This document shows, piece after piece, positions 22,965 to 34,490 of a DNA stretch of 36,163 nucleotides; position 1 is the first letter of the stretch, and every line of letters starts with the position of its first letter. The notes beneath the pieces are model-generated. The model had not been told where the DNA came from. It did no database searches and saw only the letters and a program-made list of their open reading frames with translations. The stretch comes from Neovahlkampfia damariscottae (Eukaryota): positions 1-36,163 of the forward strand of contig JABLTG010000182.1 of NCBI GenBank assembly GCA_016618085.1, in the 5' to 3' direction. Both the position numbers and the translations under genes were made by a program.

Positions 22965-24062
22965 TTATTTGAATGATAAAACTCCTGATGCATAACTTAC
23001 AGATGAATCATTCATTTTTTTACATTGACTTGATTGTGAATAATGAAGAAAGTTTAAATCAAATTCTTTGGAACTTTTTTCAATTGCCTAAAAAAAAATT
23101 AAAAAATATATCTTTTACATTCATTAAAATATAAATTGGATGTCTACCACAAATTGTATTTTTATATGATTTAATATAATTCCAAAATGATTCAGAGTCC
23201 AATGATTCAATTTTCTTCATTCCAAGTTTATCCACAAATTCAATGGATTTGTGAATTGGACCATGTTGTTTTTCATAATAAGTATAGTCAAATCTTGATC
23301 CCCAATGACAAAAATCACTTGAAATTACCATAAAATTATCTTTGTCTTCTAAATATTTTGAAAATATTTCTCCAACAGATTGAGCGAAATTTGAGGTGAT
23401 TTTACCTTGAAATTAGATGAATTAGAGCTTACCAACCATTATTGGAATGATTTTGACATCTTTTCCAAAAGAATAATGAATCCATGGAAAATGCATTTCA
23501 AGACTATGTTCATCTTCATTTTCATCAATTTCAATTTTTTTGAGTGAAATCTCTTTTCCAAGAGATTCAATTGTTTCTTTACAAACTTTTAAATTTCCAA
23601 ATGGAGTTTCAATTTCATCAAGATCTGAGACACCAAATCCTTCAAAATAAATCTGGAAAAAAAAAAAATTAAAAAAAGAAAAACAAACATGATGTGAAGG
23701 TCCTAAGACGAACACTAAAAGGTTTGAATAGATTACGAAAATTACCTCTTTTACTTGAGAAAAAGGTTAATTTGTATTTTTCTCGGTTACTGTGAATGAT
23801 TTGGGTCGATTGTTTTGTAGGCATATGCAGCTGTTTTTCCGCAGTATGAGTAACCAGCATGTCTTTTTTTTTTTAAAATGAATATTGTTCTGTTACGGTC
23901 CAATTAATGCTCTTGTTTAAAATTAATCAAGTTTTGATGTTTTTACCTAACATTTGGGTTTATTTCAACCTTTGTATTATTAATCCAATTATCAAATTGT
24001 GATTTTAATTTCTTTGGATCATTTTCATACCAACTACCTGCGTGAGTCGCTCTTCTAATCAT
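22965..24062 (-). CDS. MEMO1: MEMO1/AmmeMemoRadiSam protein B family, with 8-nt and 15-nt micro-exons
   Basis: MIRRATHAGSWY, spliced ALIGPHAGYSYCG, VFVLGPSHH, EDEHSLEMH, ISSDFCHWG, NTICGRHPI and DSSVSYAS. Confidence 0.95.
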
Positions 24063-24215
24063 TATTTTTTTGATATTCATTGATTGGTTCATTTAATTGA
24101 AGAATTTGAATCACAGTTCCAAATATTCAATTTTAAAAGAACAATAATTTTAACTCAACATTAATCTTGCAACCTTTTCATTGGTCAATCCTTACAAAAA
24201 AAATTGACACAAAAA

Positions 24216-24950
24216 ATGGTGGTGAAGTCATCACAAGAAAAATCAAAAAACACCAAAAAAACGAAAAAATCCAAAAATACTGAAGACAAAAAAGTTGCTC
24301 CAAAAGCAAAAAAAACTGGAGTAAACGGAGTTGAAAAAGAACCAAAAAAGAAAACTATCACAACATTTCCTGCAGGTCGGATTAAAAGATATTTAAAAGA
24401 ACCACAAAGAGTAAAAATTTCGGAAAATGCTCTAGCAGTTAAATTCAGTTTTGAAAGAGTTGGAAGAAGTGCACCAATTTATTTAGCAGCAGTCTTAGAT
24501 TCAATTTCTCGTGATTTATTAAGTTTAGCAGGTGATTCATGTGCAGCTGAATCTCAAAAGGTATTGAAACCAAGGCATATACTTCAAGCTGTTAGGGAAG
24601 ATGAAGAATACTCAGAACTTTTAAAAAAAGTTGATTTCTTAGGTGGTATTGGTGATTATGCACCTATGACTTCATTTAGTTTGAAAGATTTGACTGAAGA
24701 AGAAATGAAAGAATCAAAAATTCAAAAAGCTGAAAAAAAAATAAAAAAGAAAGAGAAAAATTCAAGTACACCAGATGAATCAGAAGAAAATGAATCAGAT
24801 GAGGAAGATGAATCAAATACAGACTCAGATGAGGAAGTTCAAGCGACACAACATGAATCTGAATCAGAAGAAGAAGAAGAAGAAGACAAAGAATCAGAAG
24901 CAGAATCTGAAAAAGATTTGATTTCAGATGCAGAATCCGAAGATTATTAG
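24216..24950 (+). CDS. Atypical histone H2A-like protein with basic N-tail, loop insertion and acidic C-tail
   Basis: FPAGRIKRYLK, RVGRSAPIYLAAVL, LLSLAG and KPRHILQAVREDEEYSELL match the H2A fold. Confidence 0.85.
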   Translation: MVVKSSQEKSKNTKKTKKSKNTEDKKVAPKAKKTGVNGVEKEPKKKTITTFPAGRIKRYLKEPQRVKISENALAVKFSFERVGRSAPIYLAAVLDSISRDLLSLAGDSCAAESQKVLKPRHILQAVREDEEYSELLKKVDFLGGIGDYAPMTSFSLKDLTEEEMKESKIQKAEKKIKKKEKNSSTPDESEENESDEEDESNTDSDEEVQATQHESESEEEEEEDKESEAESEKDLISDAESEDY

Positions 24951-25028
24951 AATAAAAATTTTACAAAAACAAACTTCCAATTAAAATTCACCTCCTCAGT
25001 TTTTTTGTTTGTTTGAACTTATTTGAAA

Positions 25029-25253
25029 ATGACCAATAGTTACAGCACAGAAGGAATTTTAATTTTAATTGTTTTAATTATTTGTACATGTTCATATTTC
25101 AGAAGAATAACGAGAATAAAAAAATTAATGGAAGAAAATAAAAAAGGCTTTTTTGGTGTATTTTATAAAGCATCAGTCTTAGGTATAAAACTACATTGGT
25201 TGACGTCAATAGCATGTTTGGCCCTCAGTTTTTATGTTTTATTAATAAAATAA
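25029..25253 (+). CDS. TMEM167B: Protein kish-B / TMEM167B
   Basis: MTNSYSTEGIL..IICTCSY..KKGFFGVFYKASVLG.KLH..IAC..FYVLLIK follows the kish-B pattern over its full length. Confidence 0.9.
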   Translation: MTNSYSTEGILILIVLIICTCSYFRRITRIKKLMEENKKGFFGVFYKASVLGIKLHWLTSIACLALSFYVLLIK

Positions 25254-25264
25254 ATTTATTTTTT

Positions 25265-25927
25265 TTAAAAAACGTTGTGATGACAAACAGGACAAGTTGC
25301 GTTTTGCTGTAACCATTTAGAAATACAATCTTTATGAAATTGATGAAAACAAGGCACTGTAATCAAAAAATCCAATTCAACAAATTCCTCCAAACAAATA
25401 GGACATGATTTTTCTAAAAGTATTTTTGCTAATTTTTCTGAGCAAAATAATTCTCCTTTTTCTCTTTGAGTTAATTTTGGTATTTGGAGTTGAGGCAATC
25501 TTTTTATATCAGACAATGAAGCTCCTTTCAAAAATTTCAGTTCATTTTCGTCATCCAAGGCTAATAAATCTTCATAGTCTTCAGGTGTAAAGTCTCCATC
25601 TCTTAATAAAAGTCTCATACGATTCATATCTCTCACAGGTAAATGTTCAAGTCTTCTTTGTCGTAAATTTTGAAAGTTTAGGTTTGGTTCTACTTCATCT
25701 TGTGATCTCATTTCTGAAAGTAATAATTTAATTTTGTCAAAAAGTATTTTGAAAACATGACAAGTTAAAAAAAGAAAAATAAATAAAATAAACATAAGTG
25801 CTTGTGACTGTACAAAAAAAAGTAAAATAACTAAAGTGGTTATAGTTGTAAATATCAGTATGGCTAGTAGTAGGTATAATTTTCTTTCATTCCAAAATGT
25901 TGTTGGTGAAGTTGATCTTGTATTCAT
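25265..25927 (-). CDS. Membrane-anchored RING-H2 E3 ligase (SDIR1-like)
   Basis: Two TM helices, RDGDFTPEDYEDLLALD and CPICLEEF...PCFHQFHKDCISKWL...CPVC. Confidence 0.9.
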   Translation of the reverse strand: MNTRSTSPTTFWNERKLYLLLAILIFTTITTLVILLFFVQSQALMFILFIFLFLTCHVFKILFDKIKLLLSEMRSQDEVEPNLNFQNLRQRRLEHLPVRDMNRMRLLLRDGDFTPEDYEDLLALDDENELKFLKGASLSDIKRLPQLQIPKLTQREKGELFCSEKLAKILLEKSCPICLEEFVELDFLITVPCFHQFHKDCISKWLQQNATCPVCHHNVF

Positions 25928-26244
25928 TTTGATTTCATTGGTGGAATAAATTTTGGAAATGGATAATTCAAAATAGAAGATAAAGTTTTTTGGTGACAAA
26001 ATGAAAGAGAAAATAATAAATTATCCCTAACTTTTGAGTATCACTCTTATTTTCTGCTGAGATTTTCCACATTGTAGACATTAAAGCTTTATGAAATCAT
26101 CATATTTTCGAACAACTCTTATTAGAGCTAGTTAAAAAGGAACCAAATAAAGTGAAAATTGGTTGGTAAATTATTTATTCCGTGACTTTCTGGTTGATTG
26201 GTCACCCTCAAAAGTCAAATTATGGAGATTGATGTTTCAACAAT

Positions 26245-28213
26245 TCATTTTTTCATGAGCATTCTATTTCTCTTGGTCTTTATGTTTCTAAATGAAGACT
26301 CATGTTGAATTATAATCTTTGAGAAAACTTCTTGCACTTGATCAAAATTTTTGGCTGAAACTTCAAAATAAGAAGAAATATCATATTGTCGTGCTAACAT
26401 TAAAGCTTGATCAATTTGAACACAAGTTTCATCTCTACACTCTTCACATAGATCAATTTTATTTCCAACTAAATATGCAGTAAAATCATTCCCTTTTCGA
26501 ATTTTCGAAAGGGAATCACAAATTTTCTCAACTCTTTCAAATGAATCCAAACTTGTAATGTCATACACCAACAAAAAACAATGATTATATTCAATTTGAT
26601 AGTTTTGAAAATTCTATCAAAAGTTGTTAAATGATGTTTTTTTATTACAATGAATTCAAGATTTCCAGAAGAATCTGTAATTTCAATGTTGAAAATTTTA
26701 TCACCCACAGGACATTCATGTGAATCTAAATAAAATCGATAAATGAAATTTTTTACATACAAATATTTTCAATTGATGTAAAGTAATCTTCAACTTTTGA
26801 AAAGAGTTAAAGGTAATATTGAATTTACGAAATTCTTTTTGGAGAAATTGATGAACTATCGCTGATTTACCAACATTTTCATCTCCAACCAAGACAATCT
26901 TTGTAACTCGATTGGTCATGTAATTTACCTTTTTAGATTTTTCAATTTCTGTTTTTTTCATTATTGAAAGAATTTCTGCTCTTTTATCCAGTCCATCTTC
27001 TATTAAAACTTCCATCAATTCTCTTAATGTCGGTAATTCAATTGATAATAATTTCTCGTCAATGGTAATGAATAAAGTGTCCTTATTGGCTGCAATTGCA
27101 ACTGTTAATCCTTTGATTTTATAAGGTAATGGATCTTGTGTTGATTTAAGGTTTTCTCTATCTTCTCCGTAAGTGGTTCTTGGATGCAACAAATTCTTAA
27201 ATTCAAGTAAATATTGAGAACTATCTATTTTAATTAAGCCAATAAAAAATGGATATGAAAAAACGATATCTATTGGTTCACCATCAAATTTAATATCACA
27301 ATATTTAGTTTCATAATGTATTGTTTTTGATTCAACATACGGAATCAGTTTCTTTGATGATGTATAACTTAAATAAATTGGATCAATTTTTGAACCATGT
27401 TGATAATAAACAATACATCCAACAGATGTAGTTGTAACATATATCAACTTTGCATTCTTTGATTTTGTTTTTTCTATCAAATCTTTTGATTCTAGTTTAT
27501 ATCCACCTTTTCCCATTATGTAAATAAAATAATTTGGTTCAATAAAAAATACTAGAATATCATTTATCATAAAAACCAAATCTGTCGAGTACTGAATTAT
27601 AAAATCTTCTTTTGTCCATTCTTTATTCATATTCCCTTCAAAATCTGCGTAATGAAAAGTCACAATTTTTTTGCCAACGCTTAAAATAATCCTCCTTCCA
27701 TTTTGTTTATTTGGAACTGCTAACGAATATGTTTTTGCTTCATAATTTATAAATCCGTTTAAAATTCTTTTTTTTTTTGCATCTCGAAATTTTATCATTG
27801 GTTCAAGTGAATACAAATCCAAAATACCGACTTTAGATCCTCTATTGTAATTTTACTTTAAGTTTTTTACTTACATTTGAAAAAATAACAAATTACATGT
27901 TTCGTCTGTTTGTATATTGGTAATTTCTTTTTTTTCTGTTGAATCATATCTAAATATGACAATTGCTGAATTTTCCTTTTTTTGAATTTTTAGTATTGAT
28001 CCTTCTTCCGTTCCTCCATAGATGAAATCTATTTTTTAAAATGTAAATGTTTCTCAAACCTTCTGTTGCTGTTATTGTTGTGAATTTTGTTTCTTTTGAT
28101 GAATTTAAATATTGAAAATCTAATTTAAATCTTTCATGTGTGTATACAGGCTCTATTATTTTGATGTTATATTCTTCATCGTCTTCAAAAGTTGGTAAAA
28201 ATTTGAAAGACAT
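26245..28213 (-). CDS. CNH/Vps39-like beta-propeller fused to a C-terminal Ras-like GTPase (about 5 introns)
   Basis: The propeller-like region (FIYGGTEEGSIL, PIDIVFSYPFFIGL) runs in the same ORF as KIVLVGDENVGKS. Spliced downstream exons give EDYFTSIENIY, ITDSSGN, FLLVYDITSLDSF, LVGNKIDL and FEVSAK. Confidence 0.75.
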
Positions 28214-28353
28214 TTATCCAATGAAAAACATCTAAAAATTTCTGTCATAAATGAACGGTTTTTTCTCACTTTTTTAAAATTTTTCAGGTGTTTGACACAT
28301 TTGAAATGAGTCAATTTCTCATTGGATAATTTTTTAATCAACTTTCTTTTTTG

Positions 28354-29463
28354 ATGACTCGAGTTCACTATAAAGAATTTGAAGGAAAGAACAGAATACT
28401 TTGTTGTGGATACATGATACTTGGTCCTGATTTGAGATTTTTCCTCATATCAGTATTCCTAATATTTATTCCATCAGTAATATTTCCTGTTCATGTGTTT
28501 GACATTTTTATTATTAATTTTTATTCAGAGGATATTTTTATTACGTCACAACTCCATTGTATATTTCCATACCAATTTGGGTTCTTTCCGGTTCTGCTTC
28601 AATATTAGTTTACACTTTTTTATGTATCACTTCTTTCATGGGTAAAAAAAAATTCAAAAGTTAATTTTACTTCTTAGATCCTGGTATATTACCAAGAACA
28701 CCTGATTTGACAGAGGGTAAAGTTTTTATTTCAATAATTTTTTATTTTTTTTAGACAATTCAACTGACAGTCGTTGTATACCTCATGCACAAGAAACAGT
28801 TTTAGTTAATGGAAAACCAACTGTGTTAAAATACTGTTGTAAGACATTTGAAATTTAAAACTCAAAAAAAAAAGTCACCTGTCAAATTTACAGACCACCT
28901 CGATCTTCACATTGTTCAATTTGTGACAATTGTGTTGAAAATTTTGATCATCACTGCCCGTAAGAAAAATGTAATTAAAAACATAAAGATGGACTGGTAC
29001 CTGTATTGGAAAAAGAAATTACAGATTTTTTTTCACTTTTGTTAGTTTATGTGCATTTTCATGTTTTGTTGGAAGTTTATTATGTTTAGGTCAAATTGTT
29101 ATGATTACTGTTCATAATATAACAGTTTTAAATTATCCAGTCTGGGAAGGTATTCTGTGGTCATTGATGTATTCAATTGCACCTGTTTTTTTAATTTGCT
29201 TTTTTATGGTAACTGGAGGTTTCACAGGCTTATTATTTTTCTTTCATTTTTATTTAATTTCAAAAAATTTAACTACTTATGAACAAATTAAAAAACACAA
29301 AAACTCAGAATCAAGAGGGTTGTTGTATAATTGGTGTGTGAAATTCTGTGTTCGAATGCAAAGACCAAAAATTAAGTTTACAACAAAAAGAAGTTTAAAC
29401 CAAATGATAGTTAATCAACAACCAAATGATGTTGAATTAAAAGATGTGCAAATTCAAAATTAA
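28354..29463 (+). CDS. DHHC palmitoyltransferase (ERF2/ZDHHC9-14-18-like), multi-exon
   Basis: [58 protein letters not shown] and NLTTYEQIK. Confidence 0.93.
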
Positions 29464-29471
29464 ATATTTTT

Positions 29472-30556
29472 TTATTGATCTTTTTTATCTTCTTCTGTTG
29501 CAACAGTAACATCAGAATTAGCATTTTCTGTTACTTTTTCTTCTGTTTCTTCTGAATAAGAGATTAATTCATTGAATTCACCACGTAAAAGTGATAAAAC
29601 AACAACTGAAATTATAATGAAAGGAACAATATATAAAAGTGCAGGTTGACCATGTTTGAATGTATGTAACACATAAACAGTTGTAATAAGAGCACATACA
29701 TAACTTAAGAAACAAACTTTAAAATAAATTTGATTGTTTGGTCTTTTATGTTTTTCAGCCAAATGACGATCAAATCTTAACATCATTGCAATGAAAAAAC
29801 CTTTGAAAAAAAATGAATAAATTGATTTAACTAACCTGGGATAACAATATCTCCAAGTCCAAGTAGTGAGAATTTTCCTTCTCCTCTTGGCCAAATGACT
29901 TTGATTGGTCCTTCAAATGATTTTGCGACTGTTTCCATAACATCAGTTCCAAAAACCCAAAAAATATCATAAAAGAATAAACCCCATAAAAGTATAAATG
30001 CAATTTTAAATGATCCAAGTGATAAAAGTTCAATTGAAATTACTGAAAATGCTTCACCGAAAATGTTATTGGCAATCCAATTTTTATCAAAATAAAAGTA
30101 AACAAAACCGACAATTGAGCCTATTATACCTCCTAAAATATCTAAATAATCAAGATCAATTTCAAAAGGTTCTTTCATTAATGGAATAGAAAATTTGAAT
30201 TGAAAAGGTTTTGATTCTCCAATTGAACTTGGTGTAATTGCTTTAAAGAATGGTTTTAAAAATGCAGAAATTGCTCCGACACCCAAAAAAACATAATATG
30301 AAGTCAAGAGTAAATTAATTAAATCTTTAGCCAAAAATTTGAAAACTAAGTATAAACCGAAAAGTACACAACTTGCAATGATTGGAAAATAATATGCATC
30401 TGAAGATGAAAGTGTTTCTGTCTAGTTTTTTTTTTTTTAATTTTTAAATGGAGGTTTTACTGATTTTGATTTTAAAGATCTATAAGATCCTATAACAATT
30501 GGAATCAGTGCCATTACTAAAAGGGCAATGTAGGCTTGAAGTAATTCTGTTTCCAT
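29472..30556 (-). CDS. HM13: Signal peptide peptidase (presenilin-like GxGD aspartyl protease)
   Basis: LFFYDIFWVFGTDVM, LLGLGDIVIPG and HGQPALLY; introns near 30422-30460 and 29801-29834. Confidence 0.95.
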
Positions 30557-30637
30557 TTTGTTGTGGTGAGAATTTTTTGTTGGGTGAGTTGTCAAGATGT
30601 GATTGGCCAAAACCACAAATTAAAATAACTGAAAAAG

Positions 30638-31020
30638 ATGAAGTTTGGAAAATTTTATTTCATTGATGAATTGAACAATTCAACAGAAAATGAAATAACC
30701 ATCAGAACTTTTGGAAAGTAACAAAAATTCAACTAAATTTTTTTGAAGACTTTCTTTCATCGATTTTGAAAACGATTTTGTTTATTTAACTTATAATAGG
30801 TAATATAAACTTTAAATTTATCCATAGTATCACTTTGAAGTTGGATATTTCTTTCTTGGAATCAACAAAATATCAAAAGAATTTTCTGTATGAAACTATT
30901 GGAGAGTTATTCAAAGTTAATGACGAATTTGTTTTAAAAGCCAGAGTTTTGAATTGTATTCATGATGTAGATTTGGATATTTTGGTTGAAACAATGAAAT
31001 TGAAAAGAGATTTTATTTAG
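30638..31020 (+). CDS. TEN1: CST complex subunit TEN1 (introns 30718-30748, 30800-30827)
   Basis: The spliced product MKFGKFYFIDEL..TIRTFGKL..LYETIGEL..VLKARVLNCIHDVD matches TEN1 OB-fold motifs (LRTFGRL, IxGEL, KARVLxC). Confidence 0.8.
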
Positions 31021-32399
31021 ATAAGAAATATCGGTTTAACTGTTTCATTAAATTTCTTGAAGGTGTAGCAGAAGTAACAAAGCTTGAAATATAACTCATA
31101 TTACTTCTTAAATATTGTTTTGAAAGTTTTTTTGATCCATTTTCATCAAAATTGTCTTCGAAAAATTAGAATTTTTTTGATTTTACTTTTCTCATTATAA
31201 AAAAGTGCTAGAGCTGCACATGCAACACAAACACTTTCATTGTTTCCAGTTGAACATATTATTGCAATTTTACTGCTTTTTATATGCTCTTTGATAAACT
31301 CCATTGCAAAATTCAAATTGTTTTCGAGACTTTTATTCTTCTTTGAATCGGATATTTCAACATATAGAGATATTTCTGGTTTATTTTCAGGTTTAATACA
31401 ACAAAATATAGTTGCATATTCAGATGGTATTTCGCATATTGAAGATCCAATGAATAAATTTGTATTTCCGATTTGTGTTAATTTCTTGACATAATTTTGC
31501 AGCTTGTCTGCCGCTCCCTTTGCATTTTTTTCATCAATAATCTCAGATATAAACTCTTCATCCTCTAATATTTCATCTTCAAATTTCCAAAATAATTCTG
31601 GTGTCAATCCTTTTCCCCAAGTTTGGTGATCATCACCTGCACCTTGAATATATCTCCAAGAAAAGGTTTTTTCATCAAACGATGGATCACTAGCACAAAT
31701 TAATATTAAAGGATGAAAATTCAAATTAGACACATCTTCTTCAAATTCTTTAAATTGATGAACTGGTGAAACAAAAAAGCATTTCATTGGTTTTTGCATC
31801 AAAAGGATTGATTCAAAATCTAAACCACAGTTCCTGAAATTTTCAATAAACTTTGGTATAAGATCTTCAATTTGACTTTTTTCATTTTTTGAAATTCCTT
31901 TTGGTAAATCCAATTCAAAACTCCAATTCCTATTTCCAATTTTATTTATGACGGAATTCAAAACATATGCCCAAATTGGAATAGTTTTAGAAATTGAGTC
32001 AGGTAATAATTTTCCTTTTCTTGTAGAGTCCACAATTGCCACAATTTCGTTTTGAATAATTTCCTGGACCACATTTAAATTTAGTCTTGAAGTGGAAAAA
32101 TTCCAATGGTAAGCATGTCCATCAGTGGATTTGAAATAACAAGTAGAATCAAATTTTTGATGGTACCATAATCCACATCTTAAATTTGCCATTTTTTTGG
32201 TCTTTTTGGGCAATTTTCTTAAAAGATTTTTAATTTTTTTTGTTTCAAACTCAAAAACTCCTTTAACAAATTTTGAATCATGTTTTATTGATAATAACCT
32301 TGATGTAATGGTAACTGTATCTTTGGTTATTTGTTTACTTGAAAAATAATCATATGAGTTTTTTTTGCTTTACTTTATTTCACTAAAAGTGAGATTCAT
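31013..32399 (-). CDS. RIT1: Initiator tRNA A64 2'-O-ribosylphosphate transferase Rit1
   Basis: RLLSIKHDSKFV, NLRCGLWY, YFKSTDGHAYHWNFS..RLN, VDSTRKGK..PD..SKTIPIW, YIQGAGDD and a C-terminal phosphatase-like domain; three short introns. Confidence 0.93.
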
Positions 32400-32421
32400 T
32401 TGGATTGGACAAATTTCAACA

Positions 32422-32934
32422 ATGGACAAGACTATTTACACCATTTTGTTCTGTAATTTCTTTTTAGTTTTCATTGTCATCTCATCCATATTTTATTTTA
32501 TCAATTTAAATTTTACTGGTTTTCACAATTTCCTTGACAAAAGTTCAATGAGTAATTGGGAAAAAATTGAGTTCAAAAAGCTAAATGAAAACCTCAATTT
32601 GAAAAAAAAATTCATTATAAAGGAATCAAAAATAGAAGGAAGAGGAGTATTTTCAACTGAAATTATCGAAAAAAATGAAGAAATTGGGACTGTCATCAAT
32701 TTATTCAATAGACCATTTCTGCATTTTATTGAGAATTCAGAAATGTACATCACCGAAGATTTAGGTATTTTTTTGAACCACTGTGATAATTCAAATGCCA
32801 TCTTAAAAAATAACAATGGAATTTACACATTACACTCAATCAAAACAATTTTAACAAATGAAGAGATAACAGTGAATTATAATGAACTACCTTCATTTTT
32901 AAAAAGACCTGGGAAAGATTTCAAAAAATGTTAG
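32422..32934 (+). CDS. Small stand-alone SET-domain protein, possible N-terminal signal anchor (alternative start 32548)
   Basis: SKIEGRGVFS, FLNHCDNSNA and EEITVNY; intronless. Confidence 0.85.
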   Translation: MDKTIYTILFCNFFLVFIVISSIFYFINLNFTGFHNFLDKSSMSNWEKIEFKKLNENLNLKKKFIIKESKIEGRGVFSTEIIEKNEEIGTVINLFNRPFLHFIENSEMYITEDLGIFLNHCDNSNAILKNNNGIYTLHSIKTILTNEEITVNYNELPSFLKRPGKDFKKC

Positions 32935-32938
32935 AATT

Positions 32939-33700
32939 TTATTTCAATAAATCAACTACTTTTTGACCTGATAATGTCGCACTTGCTGGATTTTGACCTG
33001 TTACAAGTCTTTCAGAAACTACAACATTTTCTTGCCAATTTTTTGCTCCTTTGAAAATCCCACCTCTTGAAACGAGTGTATCTTCCAACATGAATGGCAT
33101 ATCTTTTGATAATTGCATTGCGTCTTCTTCAGCATTGGTAAAACCACAAACTTCTTTTCCTTTGACTAAATATTCTCCGTTGCTCAATTTGATATTGACC
33201 AAACCACAAGGACCATGACAAACAGCTCCAACTGAGGAAAAATTAAAAAATATTCAAACACTAAAATTACCAACTCCTTTGTTTTCGTAGATGTTTGCTG
33301 CTAACTTTTGAACTGGTTCGTGTTGAGGAATATCATACATAGGTCCATGTCCTAATAAATTTCATATTAATTATTAATGAAAATTTGTACCTCCAGCGAA
33401 GAAGAGAGCATCATAATCTTTCGCGTTTAAATCTGAAATTTTTAAGGAGTTTTGAATTTCATCTTGGATTTTTTTGTTGGAATAAAATTCCACTGATACT
33501 TTATCTTCACTGAAAGCTGTAACAGATCCTTCATCAACTGGAGCAGGTCCTCCAAGTGGACTTGCAAAATCTACTTTGTAGCCATTTGAAACGAATACAT
33601 GATAAGGATGAGCGACTTCTGGCAAGTACCAACCTGTTTGTTTACCAGTATTTCCAATTTGGTTATGATTTGTTACAATGATTACGATTCTCTTTGTCAT
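32939..33700 (-). CDS. DJ-1/PfpI family, Hsp31/glyoxalase III-like (two introns)
   Basis: TGWYLPEVAHPY, ASPLGG, spliced AGGHGPM, AVCHGP, GFTNAEE and RLVTGQNPAS. Confidence 0.93.
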
Positions 33701-33886
33701 CGTTTTTTTTGAATAAACAACTCCTATTGGCGTATTTCCTACAAAAAAAACTCCGGAATTTTTCCGAGAATTTTCAAGTCTTTTCATTGAGTTTCAATTT
33801 TTCAGTTTCTCTCAGTAATTCAAAAGATGAAATTTGACCAATGATTTTAATTTAAACAACTCCGATAAAAGATCAGAAAAACTAAC

Positions 33887-34490
33887 ATGAGTAGAATACC
33901 AAAAACATATGTAGGATTTAGTTTTGGAAGCAAGACACCTAATGTAACATTAGAATGCTTCTTTGATATTCATTGTCCTTTCTCAAAAAAGGCATACACA
34001 ACTTTAAGAAGTTATTCAAAAAATGATGATAAAGTTCTTATTAAAATGATACCTTACATTCAAGTATAATTTATTTTTTTAAAATTTAATTACTAAGCCT
34101 TGGCATCCACAAGGATTTTTTATTTGCAAAGCAGCAACAGTAGCTGGTATGTTAGGTGGAGATGAGAGCTATTTTAAAATGGTTGATCATTTGTATGAGA
34201 ATTTTGATGAATATGTTGATTCAAAAGTTGCGGACTATTCACCAAATGACTGGAAAAACAAGATGAAAGAACTCGCCGTAAAAATAGATCTGAAAAAAGA
34301 TGAATTTGAAAATGTTTATATGTCAGATGAAGCGGTTACTCAGGTTAAAATATTACAAAAATATGGAAGACAAAATTCTATTCATGTGACACCCACAATC
34401 GCTGTGAATGGATTAATTGATAATTCAATCAGTTCATCATGGAAAGAAGAAGATTGGAAGAATTATTTAAATCAAATTTATTCAAAATAA
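33887..34490 (+). CDS. DsbA/thioredoxin-fold protein with CxxS-type site (intron 34064-34097)
   Basis: FFDIHCPFSKK, spliced QPWHP and GRQNSIHVTPTIAVNG. Confidence 0.85.

Noticed and set aside
25990..26240. Longer spacer that might hold an ncRNA (ATGATGA on minus strand, gtgac/gtcac stem)
   Set aside because: No matching D box, tRNA fold or convincing structure could be supported by eye.
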